DNA of 64,000 nt from contig CP068257.2 of NCBI GenBank assembly GCA_009914755.4, forward strand, positions 8,928,001 through 8,992,000, written 5' to 3'. Origin of the DNA: the human T2T-CHM13v2.0 reference genome, Homo sapiens. Position 1 is the first letter of the stretch, and each line of letters opens with the position of its first letter. The notes beneath the pieces were generated by a model. The model was not told the DNA's origin and ran no database searches. It saw nothing but the letters and a program-made list of their open reading frames with translations. The position numbers and the translations under genes were made by a program. Shown one piece after another: positions 28,771-44,300 of the stretch.

Positions 28771-31700
28771 CATTACATTCCACTACATTCCACTGCATTC
28801 CACTCCATTCCATTCCATTCAACTGCATTCCACTGCATTCCACTCCATTCCATTCCATTCGACTCCATTTCACTGTACTGCACTCCACTCCATTCTATTC
28901 CACCCCATTCCATTCCATTCCACTCCACTCCACTTCACCACATTCTGTTCAATACCATTGGATTCAATTCGATTCCATTCGATGCCATTCGATTCCATTC
29001 CATTCGATTCCATTCCATTCGACTCCATTCAATTTGATTCCATTCCTTTTGATTCCATTCCATTCGAGTCCATGCCATTTCATTCCATTCCATTCCATTC
29101 CGTTCCTTTCGATTCCATTCCATTCTATTCCATTGCCTTCCATTCCATTCCATTCGTGTCCATTCCAATCCTGTGCATTCCATTCGATTCCATTCTATTC
29201 GATTCCATTACATTCCATTCGATTGCATTCCACTCGATTCCATTCCCATTGAGTCCATTCCTTTTGTGTGCATTCCATTAGTGTCCATTTCATTCCAGTT
29301 CAATCCATTCGAGTCCATTCTATTCCATTCCATTCCATTCATTATCACCCCTTTCCAATCCATTCCATTCCATTCCAAACTATTGCATTACATTCCATTT
29401 GATTCCATTCCATTCAAGTCCATTCCATTCGTGTCCATTACACCCGAATCCATTCCATTCCATTCTGTTCCACTGCATTCCATTCCATTCCATTCGTTTG
29501 CATTCCATTCTAACCCACTCCACTCCACAACACTCCGTTCTATACCATTCCTTCCCATTGCATTCCATTCCACTGCATTCCACTCCACTCCACTCCATTA
29601 AATTTCATACCACCCCATTCCATTCCACTACATTCCACTTTACTCCACTTCAGTTCTCCGCATTCCATTCGATTTCATTCGATGCCATTGGATTCCATTC
29701 CATTTGATTCCATTGCTTTGGATCCCATTCCATTCGATTCTATTCAGTTTGATTCCATTAAATTCGATCCCATTCCATTCGATTCCTTTCCATTTAAATA
29801 CATTCCAATGGCGTGCATTCCATTCCATTCCATTCCATTCCATTCCATTCCATTCCATTCCATTCCATTCCATTTCATTCCATTCGATTCCATTCTCTTT
29901 GATTCCATTCCATTCGATTCCATTCCATTCCATTCTAATGCATTCCATTCCATTCCATTTCATTCCATTCCATTCCGTTCCACTCCATTCCGTTCCACTG
30001 CATTCCATTCCACTCCATTCCATTCCATTCAGTTCCACTCCATTCCGTTCCACTGCATTCCATTCCACTCCATTCCATTCCATTCCATTCCTTTCGATTG
30101 ATTCCGTTCAATGTCATTCCTGTCGATTCAATTCCATTCCTTTCCATTCCATTCGAATCCATTCTATTCGTTTCCATTCCATTCGAGTAAATTCCATTCG
30201 AGGCCATTCCGTTCCATTCCATTCCATTCCGTTCCATCGTACTCCATTCCACTCCACTCCATTCCGTTCCATTGCATTTCATTTCACTCCATTCCACTCC
30301 ATTCCATTCCACACGACTCCATTCCATTCCATTGCACTGCATTCCACTCCCCTCTACTACCCTCAAATCCGTTCAAATCCATTCCTTCCCTTTCCACTGC
30401 ATTCCACTCCAGTACACTGCACTCATTTCCATTCCACCCCTTTCCATTCCACTCCATTCCACTTCACTCCACTTTATTTCATCGCCTTCCATTCGATTCC
30501 CTTCTATGCCACTGGATTCCATTCCATTCGATTCCATTGCATTCGATCCCATTACATTTGATTCCCTTAAATTCGATTCCATTCCATTCGATTCTCTTCC
30601 ATTCGATCCCACTCTGTTCTATTCCATTCCATTTGAGTCCATTCCATTGAAGTCCATTCCATTCCATTCCAGTCCATTCCAATCCATTCCATTCCATTCC
30701 ATTCCAATCCATTGCATTCGATTCCATTCCATTCGATTCCATTCCATTCCATTCCATTCATGTCCTTTCCATTCGATTCCTTTCTATTCAATTCCATTCC
30801 ATTCGATTCCATTCCATTCGATTCCATTCCATTCCATTCCATTCATGTCCTTTCCATTCGATTCCTTTCTATTCAATTCCATTCCATTCGAGTCCATTCC
30901 ATTCCGGTCCATTATATTCGAGGCTATTCCATTTGAGGCCATTGCATTTCATTCATTTGTATTCCAGTCCTTTCCCTTCCTTTCCCCTCCATTCCACCAC
31001 TCTCCATTCCATTCCATTCGTTTCCACTCCAATCCATTCCACTCCTTTCCATTCCACTCCACTCTGTTCCATTCCACTGCATTCCATTCAACTCCACTCC
31101 ACTTCATTCAACTTTCTTCAAATCCATTCCTTCCCATTCCATTCCATTCTACAGCATTGCACTCCACTACACTCCATTCAATTCCATTTCACCCCATTCC
31201 ATTCCACTCCATTCCACTCCACTCCACTTCACTACATTCCATTTGATTCCATTTGATGCCATGCGATTCTATTCAATGTGATTCCTTTCCATGCCATTCC
31301 ATTCCATTCAATTCCATTCCATTCTATTCCGTTCCATTTGATTTGATTCCATTCCTTTCCATTCCATTCCATTGCATTCCACTCTACTCCATTGCATTTC
31401 ATTCAACTACACTACACTCCATTCCACTTCACTTAATTCCATTCCATTCCATTGCATTCCACTCTACTGCATTGCATGTCATTCAACTCCACTACACTCC
31501 ATTCCACTCCACTTCATTCCATTCCATTCCATTCCTCTCCATTCCATTCCATTCCATTCTACTCCATTCCATTCCATTCCACTCCATTCCACTCCACTCC
31601 TCTCCACTCCATTCCATTCCATTCATTCCGTTCCATTCTATCCCCCATCACTCCACTCCACTCCAATCCACTCCAATCCACTCCATTCCATTCCACTCCA

Positions 31701-34700
31701 CTCCAGTCCACTCAACTCCATTTCATTCCAATCCACTCCACGCCACTAAACTGCTATCCATTCCATTGCATTCCATTGCGTTCCACTCCACTCCCCTCCG
31801 TTCACTTCTATTCTTTCCCATTTCATTCCATTCCACTCCACTCCACCCATTCCATTGCATTCCATTGCGTTCCAATCTACTCCACTTTGCTCCTCTCCAT
31901 TCACCTCCGTTCCTTCCCATTCTGTTCCACTCCTTTCCACTCCACTGCACTCCATTCAATCCATTCTACACTATTCCATTCCAATCCATTCCTCTCCACT
32001 CATCTCCGCTGCACCGCATTCCATTTGATTGCTTAGGATACCATTCGATTCCATTCCATTTGATCCATTCCATTCGATTCCATTCCTTATGATTACTTTC
32101 CATTCGATTCCATTCAATTTGATTCCATCCATTCAATTGCATTCCATTCAATTCCATTCCATTCTAGTCCATTCCATTCCATTGCATTCCAATACATTCC
32201 ATTACATACCACTCCATTCCACTCCACTCCACTCCAATCCACCCCGTTCACTTCCATTCCTACCTATTCCATTTAATTCCACTCCATTCTACTTCCCTCT
32301 ACTCCTTTCCATTCCATTCCTTTCCATCCCATTCCATTCCACTCCATTGCACTCCAATCCTCTCCCTTTTTACTGCTTCCCATTCGATTCCAGTCGATGT
32401 CATTCGATTCCATTCCGTTCAATTCCATTCCATTCAATTCCATGATATTCAATTCCATTCCATTCGAGTCCATGCAATTCCATTCCATTCCACTCCAATC
32501 CACTAAACTCCACTTCACTCCACTTCACTCCACTCCATTCCTTTCCATTCCATTCCATTCCATTCCCTTACATTCCACTCCACTCCATTCCTTTCCACTC
32601 CCCTCCAGTCCACTCCATTCCATTCCATGCCATTCCATTGCATGCAACTCCACTCTATGCCACTCCTCTCCACTACTCTCTGTTCAATTCCTTTACTTCC
32701 CTTTCCATTCTATTCCACTCCCTTCCACTCCACTCGACTCCAATCCATTCTTTCCATTCATCCACCTTCCATTCCACTCCGTTCCACTCCAATCCACTCC
32801 ACTCCACTTCATCGCCTACTATTCGATTCCACTCGATGCCATATGATTCCATTCCATTCGATTCCATTTCATTCCATTCAATTCCTTTCAATTTGATTCC
32901 ATTTCATTTGATTCCATTCCTTTTGAGCCCATTACATTTGATTCCACTCCATTCCATTCCATTCCAGTCCAGTCCATTCCATTCGACTCCATTCCACTCC
33001 ACTCCACTAAACTCCGTTCCATTCCAATCCTTCCAATTCCATTCCATTCCACCCCATTCAACTCCACTCCACTCCACCCCATTTTTTTCCATTTCCCCAC
33101 ATTCCATTCCATTCCATTCCAATCCTCTCCTCTTCAACATATTCCATTTGATCTCATTCGATGCCATTAGATTCCATTCCATTCAATTCCATTACATTTC
33201 ATTGCATTCCAGTCCACTCCCATCCACTCCACTCCACTGCATTCCATTCCATTCCAATCCACTCCACTCCACTTTATTCCACTGCACTCCACTCCAATCC
33301 ATTCCACTCCACTCCACTCCATTCCATTCCACTCCACTCCACGCCACTCCACTCTACTCCATTCCATTCCATTGCATTGCTCTCCACTCCACTCCACTCC
33401 ATTCCATTGCATTCCACTCCAATCCACTCCACTCCCATCTATTCCTTTTGATTCCATTGCATTCTATTCCACTCAACTCCACTCCATTCCATTCCATTCC
33501 ATCCCTTGTCTTTCCATTCCATTGCACTCCATTCCACTCCACTCAACACCACTCCATTAAATTACATTACACCCCATTCCATTCCACTCTCTTCCACTTC
33601 ACTCCCGTCCACTTCACCAATTTCCATTCGATTCCATTTGAAGACATTCTATTGCATTCCATTCGATTCAATTCCATTCGATTTCATTCCATTTGATTCC
33701 ATTCCATTCGAGTCCATTCCATTCGTATCCTTTCCATTCCATTCCATTCTATTCCATTCCATTCCATTTCATTCCATTCCACTCCACTAAACTCCACTCC
33801 ACACCACTCCTTTCATTTCTGTACTTTCCCTTTAAAATCCATTCCAGTCTATTCCACTCCACTCCACTCCATTCAATTCTGCTACACCCCATTACATTCC
33901 ACTCCATTTCTCTTTACTCGACTCCATTTCACCACTTTCCTTTCGATTCTGTTCCATGCCATTAGATTCCATTCCACTCGATTGCATTCCATTTGAATTT
34001 ATTCCATTTGACTCCATTACATATGATTCTATTCCATTAGAGTCCATTCTATAGGAGTCCATTCTATTCCATTCCATTCCATTACATTATATTCCAGTAT
34101 ACTCCACTCCACTCCATTCCATTCCATTGCATTTCATTCCACTCCACTCCACTCCATTCCATTCCATTGTATTCTGTTCCATTGTGTTCCATTCCAATCC
34201 ATTCCATTCCATTCCATACGACTCCATTCCATAGCATTCGTTTCCATTGCATTGCATTCCTTTCCATTCCATTGCAATCCACTCCACTCCACTCCACTCT
34301 ACTCCATGGCATTGACTCGATTCCATTCTGCTCCACTCCATTCCACTCCACTGCACTCCTCCCCATTCCCCTCCATTCCACTCCACTCCACTCCACTCCA
34401 CATCACTCAATTCCATTCCATTCAATTGCATTCCATTCCATACTACTTCACTCCACTCCACTCTACTCCATTCAATTCCATTCCATTACATTCAACTCCA
34501 CTCTACTCCACTTTGTTCAGTTCTCTTCCTTCCCATTCCATTTCATTCTAGTCGATTCCAATCCACTCCTCTCGTATCCATTCAATTCTATTCCACCCCA
34601 TTCCATTCCACTCCATTCCATTCCATTTCACTCCAATTCACCTCATTCCTTTCGATTCCAGTCGATGCCAGTAGATTCCATTAAATTGGATTCCATTACA

Positions 34701-37700
34701 ATTGTTTCCATTCCATTCAATTCTATTCTGTTCGATTCCAGTCCATTTGATTCTGTTCCATTAGATTGCATTTCATTTGATTCCATTCCATTCGCATCCA
34801 TTCCATTTGAGACCATTCCATTCTGGTCCATTCCATTCGGGTCTATTCCATTCGAGTTCATTCCATTCCATTCCATTCTATTCCATTCCTTTCCCCACCC
34901 TTGCATTCCCTTCCCTTCCGTTTCATTCCACTCCACTCCATTCCACTACAATCCATTCCATTCCACTATATTCCACTCCATTCCACTCCATTCCACTCCA
35001 TTCCATTCCATTCCACTCAACTCCACTTTACTGTACTTTGTTCAATTCCATTCCTTCCTATTCCATTCCATTCCAGTCTATTCCACTCCACTCCACTCCA
35101 TTGCAGTCAATTCCATTCCACCCTAATCCATTCCACTCCACTTCGCCACATGACATTTGACTCCATTCGATGCCATTTGATTTTATATGTTTCCATTCCT
35201 TGCCATACAATTCAATTCCATTCCATTCTATTCCATTTTTTGATTCCATTCCATTCGATTCCATTCCATTCCATTCTATTCAATTTGATTCCATTCCTTT
35301 CAAGTCCATTCCATTCCATTCTGTTCAATTACTTTCCATTTGATTCCCTTCCATTCCATTCCATTCCATTCCAATTCATTCCATTCCATACCGTACAATT
35401 ACATTCAATCCCATTCCATTCCATTCAACTGCATTCCATTCCATTCCATGTCATTTGAATGCATTCCATTCCAGTGCATTCCATTCGAGTCCATTCCAAT
35501 CCACTCCATTCCACTCCACTCCATAAATTTCCACTCAATTCCACTCCATTCCATTCCATTCCATTCCATTCCATTCCATTCCACTCAACTACACTGCACT
35601 CCACTCCATTCAATTCCATTCCTTCCCCTTCCATTCCTTTCCACTCCTTTTCAACTCACCCCAATTCAATCTTTTCAATTCCTTTCCACCCCATTGCATT
35701 CCACTCCATTGCACTCCACTTCAATGCATTGTGTTCCATTGCATGCGATGTCTTTTGATTCCATTCAATTCCATTCAATGCCATTCCATTCCATTCTATT
35801 CCATTCTAATCCATTCCATTCAATTCCTTTCCATTCGATTCCATTCCATTTGACTCCACTCCATTCTATTCCTTTCCATTCCATTATATTCCATTCAATT
35901 CCTTTCCATTCGATTCCATTTGATTCCACTCCATTTCATTAGAATCCATTCCTTTGAATTCCATTACATTCTAATCCATTCCATTACATTCCGTTCCATT
36001 CCATTGCTTTCCATTGCATTCCATTGCATTCCATTTCATTCCATACCTTTCGAATCCATTCCATTGGATTCCATTCCATTGGAGTTCATTCCATTCCAGC
36101 CTTTTCCATTCGAGTTATTTCCATTCCATTCGATTCCATTCCACTCGATTCCATTCCACTCGATTCCATACCATTCGATTACATTCCATTCAATGGCAGT
36201 GCATTCCATTGCATTCCAATCGTGTCCTTTCCATTCCAGTCCATTCCATTCGAGTCCACTTCCCTCCCCCTCACCACACTCCATTCGATTTCAATCGATG
36301 CCATATTATTCCATTCCATTTGATTCCATTCCATTCAAGTCCATTGCATTCCATTCCACTGCATTCCTTGCCACTGAACTCCACTCCACTCCATTCCAAT
36401 ACACTCCACTCCATCCTCTCCACTCCACTCCAATCCACTCCATTCCATTCTATTTCACTCGCCTCCACTCCAATCCATTCCATTCCATTGAATTCCACTC
36501 CATTCCACTCCTCTGCACTCCACTCCATTACTTTCGATTCCATTGCACTTCCCTCAACTCAACTCCGCTCCACTACGTTCAATTCCATTCCTTCCCTTTC
36601 CATTCCATTGCACTCCAATCCACTCCACTCCAATCCTTTTGAATACATTCCACCCATTCCATTCCACTTCATTCCACTTCACTCCACTCAACTTCACCGC
36701 ATTCCATTCGATTCCATTAAATTATATTTGATGCAATTAGATTCCATTCCGTTTGATTTCATTCCATTCGATTCCATTCCATTCGAGTCCATTCCTTTCG
36801 AATCCTTTCCATTCCATTCCGTTGCATTCCATTCCATTTCATTGCATTCGACACCACCTCACTCCATTCCACACCACTCTGTTCAATTACTTTCTTTCCT
36901 TTCCAGTACATTCCACTCCATTCCACTCCACTCCACTCCATTCTATTCCATTACACCCCATTGCATTCCACTTCATTCCACTGCACTCCTCTTTACCACA
37001 TTCCATTCGATTCCATTCGATGCCTTTCGTTTCCATTCCATTTGACTCCACTCCGTTCGATTTCATTCCATTCGAGTCCATTCTGTTCGAGTCCATTCCA
37101 TTCAATTCCACTACATTTGATTCCATTCCATTCCATTCCATTCCATTGCATTCCATTCCATTCCATTCCATTCCACTCCACTCCATTCCATTAAATTCCA
37201 TTCCATTCTATCCCACTCCCCTCCAGTACACTCAACTCCAATCCATTCCATTCCACAAAACTCCATTCCAGTCCACTCCACTCCGCTAATCTCCATTCCA
37301 TTCCATTCCACTCCACTCCACTCCATTCCATTCCATTCCATTGCATTTCACTCCAGTGTACTCCACTCCATTTCATTCCATTCCATTGCAATCAGTTCCA
37401 TTCCATTTCATTTCCAATCCATTCCATTCCATTCTGTTCCCTTCCATTTGATTCCATTCCATTCCATTCGATTCCTTTGCATTCCATTCCATTCCACTCC
37501 ATTCCACTCCACTCAAATCCACTCCACTCCATTCCTCTCCATTCCATTCCACTCCTCTCCATTCCACTCCACTCCCCTCCTCCCAGTTCCACTCCATTCC
37601 AATCGACTCCACTCCTCACCATTGCACATCTGTCCATTCCATTCATTTGCATTCCACTCCAGTCCAATTTTCTCCACTCCACTCCTCTCCACTCCATTCC

Positions 37701-38264
37701 ATTCCACTCTACTCCAATCCGTTCAATTCTATTACTTCCCATTGCATTCCATTACACTCGATTCCAGTCCACTCCACTCTTATACATTCAATTCCAATCC
37801 AACACATTCCATTCCACTCCATTTCAATCCTCTCCACTCCACTTCACCGCATTCCATTCGATTCTATTCGATGCCAATCGATTCCTTTCCATTCAATTCC
37901 ATTTCTTTTGGTTCCATTCCATTCGACTCCATTCCATTCAATTCCATTCCACTCCATTCCATTCGATTCCATTCCAATAGATTGCATTCCATTTGATTCC
38001 ATTCTATTCTAGTATACTCCATTCCAGTCCTTTCCATTCCAGTCCATTATATTCGGGTCCATTCCATTCGAGTCCATTCCATTCCACTCCACTGCATTCC
38101 ACTCCACTAGATTCCATTCCACTCCATTCCACTCTATTCCACTCCATTCCATTCCATTCCACTCAATTCCACTCCACTCCACTCCATTCAATTCCATGCC
38201 ACTACTTTCCATTCCACTCCATTCCTTTCCACTCCACTCCACTTCACTCCATTTCGCCACACTC

Positions 38265-38300
38265 CATTCGTTTCCATTCGATGCCATTCGATTCCTGTCC
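38265..38300 (+). other. Representative subtype II module-boundary motif: ..CACTCCATTCGTTTCCATTCGATGCCATTCGATTCC..
   Basis: This is one of about 45 recurrences of the CACTTCACC(G/A)CATTCCATT(C/T)GATT..GATGCC.. marker that separates CACTC-rich from CGATTC-rich portions. Confidence 0.65.
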
Positions 38301-41300
38301 ATACAATTCCATTACATTCCAGTCCATTCCATTCCATTCATTACATTCCACTGCACTCCACTGCACTCCTCTCCATTTGATTCCATTCCATTCTATTCCA
38401 CTCCACTCCACTCCATTCCACTCCAATCCATTCCACTCTCCTCCACACCAATCCACTCCAACTGACTCCACTCTGTTCCATTCCACTCCATTCCATGACA
38501 CCCCACTACACTCCATTCCTTTCCATTGCATTACACTCCACGCCACTTCACTCCTCTCCTCTCAATTCCATTACATTGCATTAAACTCCACTGCACACCA
38601 CTGCATTCCTTTCGGTTCCATTGCATTACCCTACACTGAACTCCACTCCACACTGTTCAATTCCATTCCTTCCCATTACATTCCACTGCACTCCATTCCA
38701 CTCCACTCCAATCCATTCAGTTACATTCTCCCCCATTCCATTCCACTCCATTCCACTTCACTCCACTTCACCATATTCCATTCGATTCCTTTCGATTCCA
38801 TTCAATGCCGTTCGGTTCCATTCCATTTGATTCCATTCAATTCCATTCCATTCCATTCCATTCCATTCCATTCCATTCCATTCCACTGCACACCACTACA
38901 TTCCTTTCAATTCCATTCCTTCCCTTTCCAATCCATTCCACTGCATTCCACTCCACTGCACTTCACCTCATTCCATTCAATTCCGTTCGATGCCATCCAG
39001 TTCCATTCCACTCAATGGCAATCCATTCGAATCCATTCAATTTGACTCCTTTCCGAATGTTTCCATTTCTTTCGAGTCCATTCTGTTCGAATCTATTGCA
39101 TTCCAGTCCATTCCATTCAATTCCATTCCATTCTACTCTATTCCATTTCATTCCGTTCCATTCCACTCCACTCAACTCCTCTCTATTCCATTCCATTCCA
39201 TTCTATCCCACTCCAGTGCAGTTCACTTGAATCTACTCCATTCCATTCCACTCCACTCCATTCCATTCCACTCGTTTCCTTTGCATTTCACTCCACTGCA
39301 CTCCACTCCAATCCAATCCATTCCATTCCTTTCCATTGCATTTGTTTCCTTTCTGTTCCATTCCAATCCTTTCCATTCCATTCCATTACATTCTATTCCT
39401 TTTCATTTTATTCAATTCCATTCCATTCCACTCCATTCCACTCCACTCCAACCACTCCACTCCATTCCACTCCATTGCATTGCACTCCACTCCATTCCAC
39501 TCCACTCCACTGCACATCACTCCATTCCATTCCATTCAATTGCATTTGACTCCACTCCTCTTCACTCCACTCCACTCCACTAAACTCCATTTCATTCCAT
39601 TCCATTCCATTCCATTCCAATCCACTTCACTCCACTTTGTTCAATTCCTTTCCTTCCCATTCCATTCCTTTCCAGTCCATTCTGTTCCATTCCATTTCAT
39701 TCCACTCCATTCCAATCCACTCCACTCCACTCCATTCTATTCCATTCCACAACATTCCATTCCACTCTCTTCAACTCCACTCCACTCCACTTCACTCCAC
39801 TTCAATGCACTGCATTCGATTCCATGCAATGCCATTCGATTCCTAGCCATTGGATTCCATTCCATTCCATTCCATTCATTGCATTCCACTCCACTCCACT
39901 CCTCTCCCTTTGATTCCATTCCATTCCATTCCACTCCACTCCACTCCATGCGACTCCTCTCCATTTCACTCCACTCCACTATAATCCACTCCTACCGACT
40001 CCACTCTATTCCATTCCACACCACCCCATGCCACCCCACTCCACTCCGTTGGATTCCATTGCCTTCCACTCCATGCCACCTCACTCCACTCCACTCCACT
40101 GCACATCACTCCATTCCATTCCATTCAATTGCATTACCCACCACTCCATTTCACTCCACTCCATTCCACTCCATTCCATTCCATTCCATTGCATTCCTCT
40201 CCACTCCACTCCTCTCTGTTCAATTCTATTCCTTCTCATTCCATTCCATTTCAATCCAGTTTGATTCCGTTGCATTTGATTCCATTCCATTCCAGTCCAT
40301 TCCATTATAGTAGCTTCCATGCGGTTCCTTTCCTTTCGAGTCTATTCCATTCCATTCCATTCCATTCCCTTGCCTTCCATTCCCTTCCTTTCCCTTCCAT
40401 TTCATTCCACTCCACTACAGTCCGCTCCACTATATTTCTTTCCTCTCCATATCACTCCATTCCACTCCATTCCATTGCTTTCCATTCCACTCAATTCCAC
40501 TTCACTCCACTTTGTTCAATTCCATTCCTTCACATTCCATTCCATTCCATTCCATTCCATTCCATTCCATTCCATTCCATTCCATTCTATTCTATTCCAT
40601 TCCATTCCTTTCCATTCTTTTCCTTTCCATATCATTCCACTCCTGTCTACTCCATTCCATTCCATTCCATTCCATAACTTTCCATGCCACTGCATTCCAC
40701 TCCAATCTGCTCCACTCCACACAATTCCATTCCATTCCACTCCATTACACTCCACTCCACTCCACCACATTCAATTCCATTCCACCCCATTCCATTCCAC
40801 TTCACTCCACATAACCGCATTCCATTCGATTTCATTCCATGCCTTTAGATTCCATTCCATTTGGTTCCATTCCATTTGATTCCATTCCTTTCGAGTACAT
40901 TCCATTCCATTCTGTTCTATTCCATTCCAATCGATTCCATTGCATTCAATTGCATTGCATTCCATTCGATTCAATTCCCTTCACTTCCATTCCATTTGAT
41001 TCCAATCCATTAGAGTCCATTCAATTGCAATCCATTCTATTCGAGGCCATTCCATTCCAGTCCATTCCATTTGATTCTATTACATTCGATTCTCTTCCAT
41101 ACTATTGCATTCCATTCGATTCCATTCCATTTGATTCCATTCCTTTCAAGTCTATTACTTTCGAGTCCATTGATTTAGAGTCTATTCCATTCGAGTCCAT
41201 TTCATTCGAGTTGACTCTCTTCCTTTCCATTACATTCGAGTCCATTCCATTCCATTCCATTCCATTGTAGTCCATTCCATTTCATTACATTCCATTGTAT

Positions 41301-44300
41301 TTGATTCTGTTCCGTTCCATTCCATTTCATACAATTCAAGGCCATTGCTTTCGATTCTATTCCATTCGAGTCCATTACATTCGACTCCATTCCACTCGGG
41401 TCCATTCCATTCCATTCCACTCCAATCCACTCCACTCCATTCCATTCCTCTCTACTCCATTCCATTCCACTTTATTACACTCCCCTACACTCCACTTCAC
41501 CACATTCCATTCAATTCCATTCAGTGCCATTTTATTCCACTCCATTCGAATCCGTTTCTATCGATTGCATTCCATTTAGTTTGTGTCCATATGGTTCCAT
41601 TCCATTCAATTCCATTTTGTTAGATTCCATTCCATTCAAGTCCATTCCTTTCCATTCCATTCCATTCCACTCTGTTCCATTCTGTTCAAATCCATTTCTT
41701 TCAATTCCATTTCATTTGGGTCCATTCCTTTCCATTCCATTCCATTTCATTCCATTCCATTCCATTCGAGTGCATTCTATTCCATGCCATTCCTTTCGAG
41801 TCTATTCCATTCCACTCCATTCCACTCCATTCCACTCCATTCCATTCCATTCCACTCCATTCCACTTCACTCCATTCCACTCCATTCCACTCCATTCAAT
41901 TCCGTTCTACCCCATTCCATTCCACTCCATTCCACTCCACTCCAGTGTACTTCACCCCATTCTATTTGATGCCATTTGATTCCATTCGATTCCATTCGAT
42001 GCCATTCGATTTCATTCCATTTGATTCCATTACATTTGATTCCAATCCATTCGACTCCATTCCATTTGATAACTTTGGATTAGATTCCATACCATTCGAG
42101 TCTATTCCATTCCATTCCATTCCATTCCATTCCATTCCATTCCATTCCATTCCATTCCATTCCATTCCGTTTTGTTAGAATCCATTCCATTCGATTCTAT
42201 TCCATTCCAGTCCATTCCGTTCGTGTCCATTCCATTCCAGTCCATTCCATTCGATTCCATTGCATTCCATTCCATTCCATTCGATTGCATTCCATTCGAT
42301 AGCATTCCGTTCTATTCCATTCCACTCAATTCCATTCCGTTCCATTCCACTGCATTCCATTCCACTCCATTCCGTTCGATTCTCTTCCATTTGATTCCAT
42401 TCCATTCGAGTGCATTATTTTCGAGTCCATTCCACTGCAACCCATTCCTTTCGAGTCCATTGCATTCGAGTCAATTCCATTGCAGTCCATTCCATGCGAT
42501 TCCATTCCATTCGATTCCCTTCCATACTATTTCATTCCATTCGTTTCCATTCCATTTTATTCCATTCCATTAGTGTCCATTCCTTTCGATTACATTCCAT
42601 TTGAGTCCATTCCACAGGATTCCTGTCCATTCGAATCCATTCAATTTAATTCCCCTCAGTTCAATTCCTTTCCCTTCAAGTCCATTCTTTTCCATTCCGT
42701 TCCGTTTCATTCTATTCCATTCCGTTCAATTCCATTCCATTTGATTTGATTCAAATCCATTCTATTCCAATTCGCTCCGTTCCATTCCATTCCACTCCAT
42801 TCCATTCCATTCGAGTCCATTCCATTCAATTCCATTCCTTTCGTTTCCATTCCATTACATTTGATTCTATGGTATTCCATTCCTTTCCATTCCATTCCAT
42901 TCCATTCGTGTGAATTCCATTCCTGTCCATTCAATTCAATTCCATTCCATTCCACTGCATTCCACACCATTCCACACCATTCCATTCCATTCGACTCCAT
43001 TCCACTCCACTCTACTCCTCTCGATTCAATTCCATTCCACCTCATTCCATTCTTCTGCATTCCACTGCACTCCACTTCACAGCATTCCATTCGATATCAC
43101 TTGATTCTATTCGATTCCATTGGATGCCATTCGATTCCATTCCATTCGTTTCCATTCCAATCAACTCCATTACGTTTGATTCCATTCTTTCGATTCCATT
43201 CCATTCGTGTCCATGCCATTCCATTCCTTTCCATTCCATTCCATTCCATTCCATTCCATTCGATTCCATTCCCTTGTATTCCATTGCTTTCCAGTCCATT
43301 TTATTCGAGTCCATTCCATTCCATTCAATTTCATTACTTTCAATTCCATTCTGTTAGTTTCAATTCCATCTGAATCCATTCCATTCCGTTCCTATCTACT
43401 CCAATCCATTCCATTCCATTCCAGTCCACGTCATTCAATTCCACTCAATTCCACTCCATTTCAATCCATTCCATTTGATTCCATTTCATTACATTCTATT
43501 CCACTCCACTCCACTGCACTCCACTGCATTCAATTCCATTACTAACAATTCCATTCGATTCCACTTCATTCCACTACACTCCACTCCATTCAATTCCTTT
43601 CCACATCATTCGACTCCACACCGTTCCACTGCCATCCAGTCCCCTTCACTGCACTCCATTCGATTCCATTCATTGCCATTCGATTCCTTTCCATTCGATA
43701 CCATTCCATTCGTGTCCATTCCATTCCATTACATTTCATTGCATTCCACTCTACTTCACTCCACTCCACACCACTCCAATCCATTCCATTCCATTCCTTT
43801 CCACTCCCCTCCATTCCATTCAATTCCACTCCACTCCACTACAATCCACCTCACTCTACTCCAGTACCTTCTATTATATTACACTCCACGCCACTCTACT
43901 CCATTCCATTCCAGTGCATTCCACTCATGTCCACTCCACTCCACTCCATTCAAATCCATTCTTTCTCCTTCCATTCCATTCCACTCCATTCCATTCCACT
44001 CTGTTCCATTCCTTTCAATTCCATTCCACCCCACTGAATTCCACTCCATTCCACTCCACTCCACTTCACCGCATTGCTTTCGATTCCATTCAATGCCATT
44101 CGTTTCCATTCAATTCCATGCGATGCCATAAATTTCTATTCCTTTCCATTCGAATCCATTCCATTTGATTCCATTCCATTCGTTTCCATTCCATTCGAGT
44201 CCACTCCATTCTATTCTTTTCCACTCCATTGCATTCCTTTCTATTCCATTCTTTTCAATTCCATTCCATTCCATTGGAATCCATTCCATTTGATTCCATT

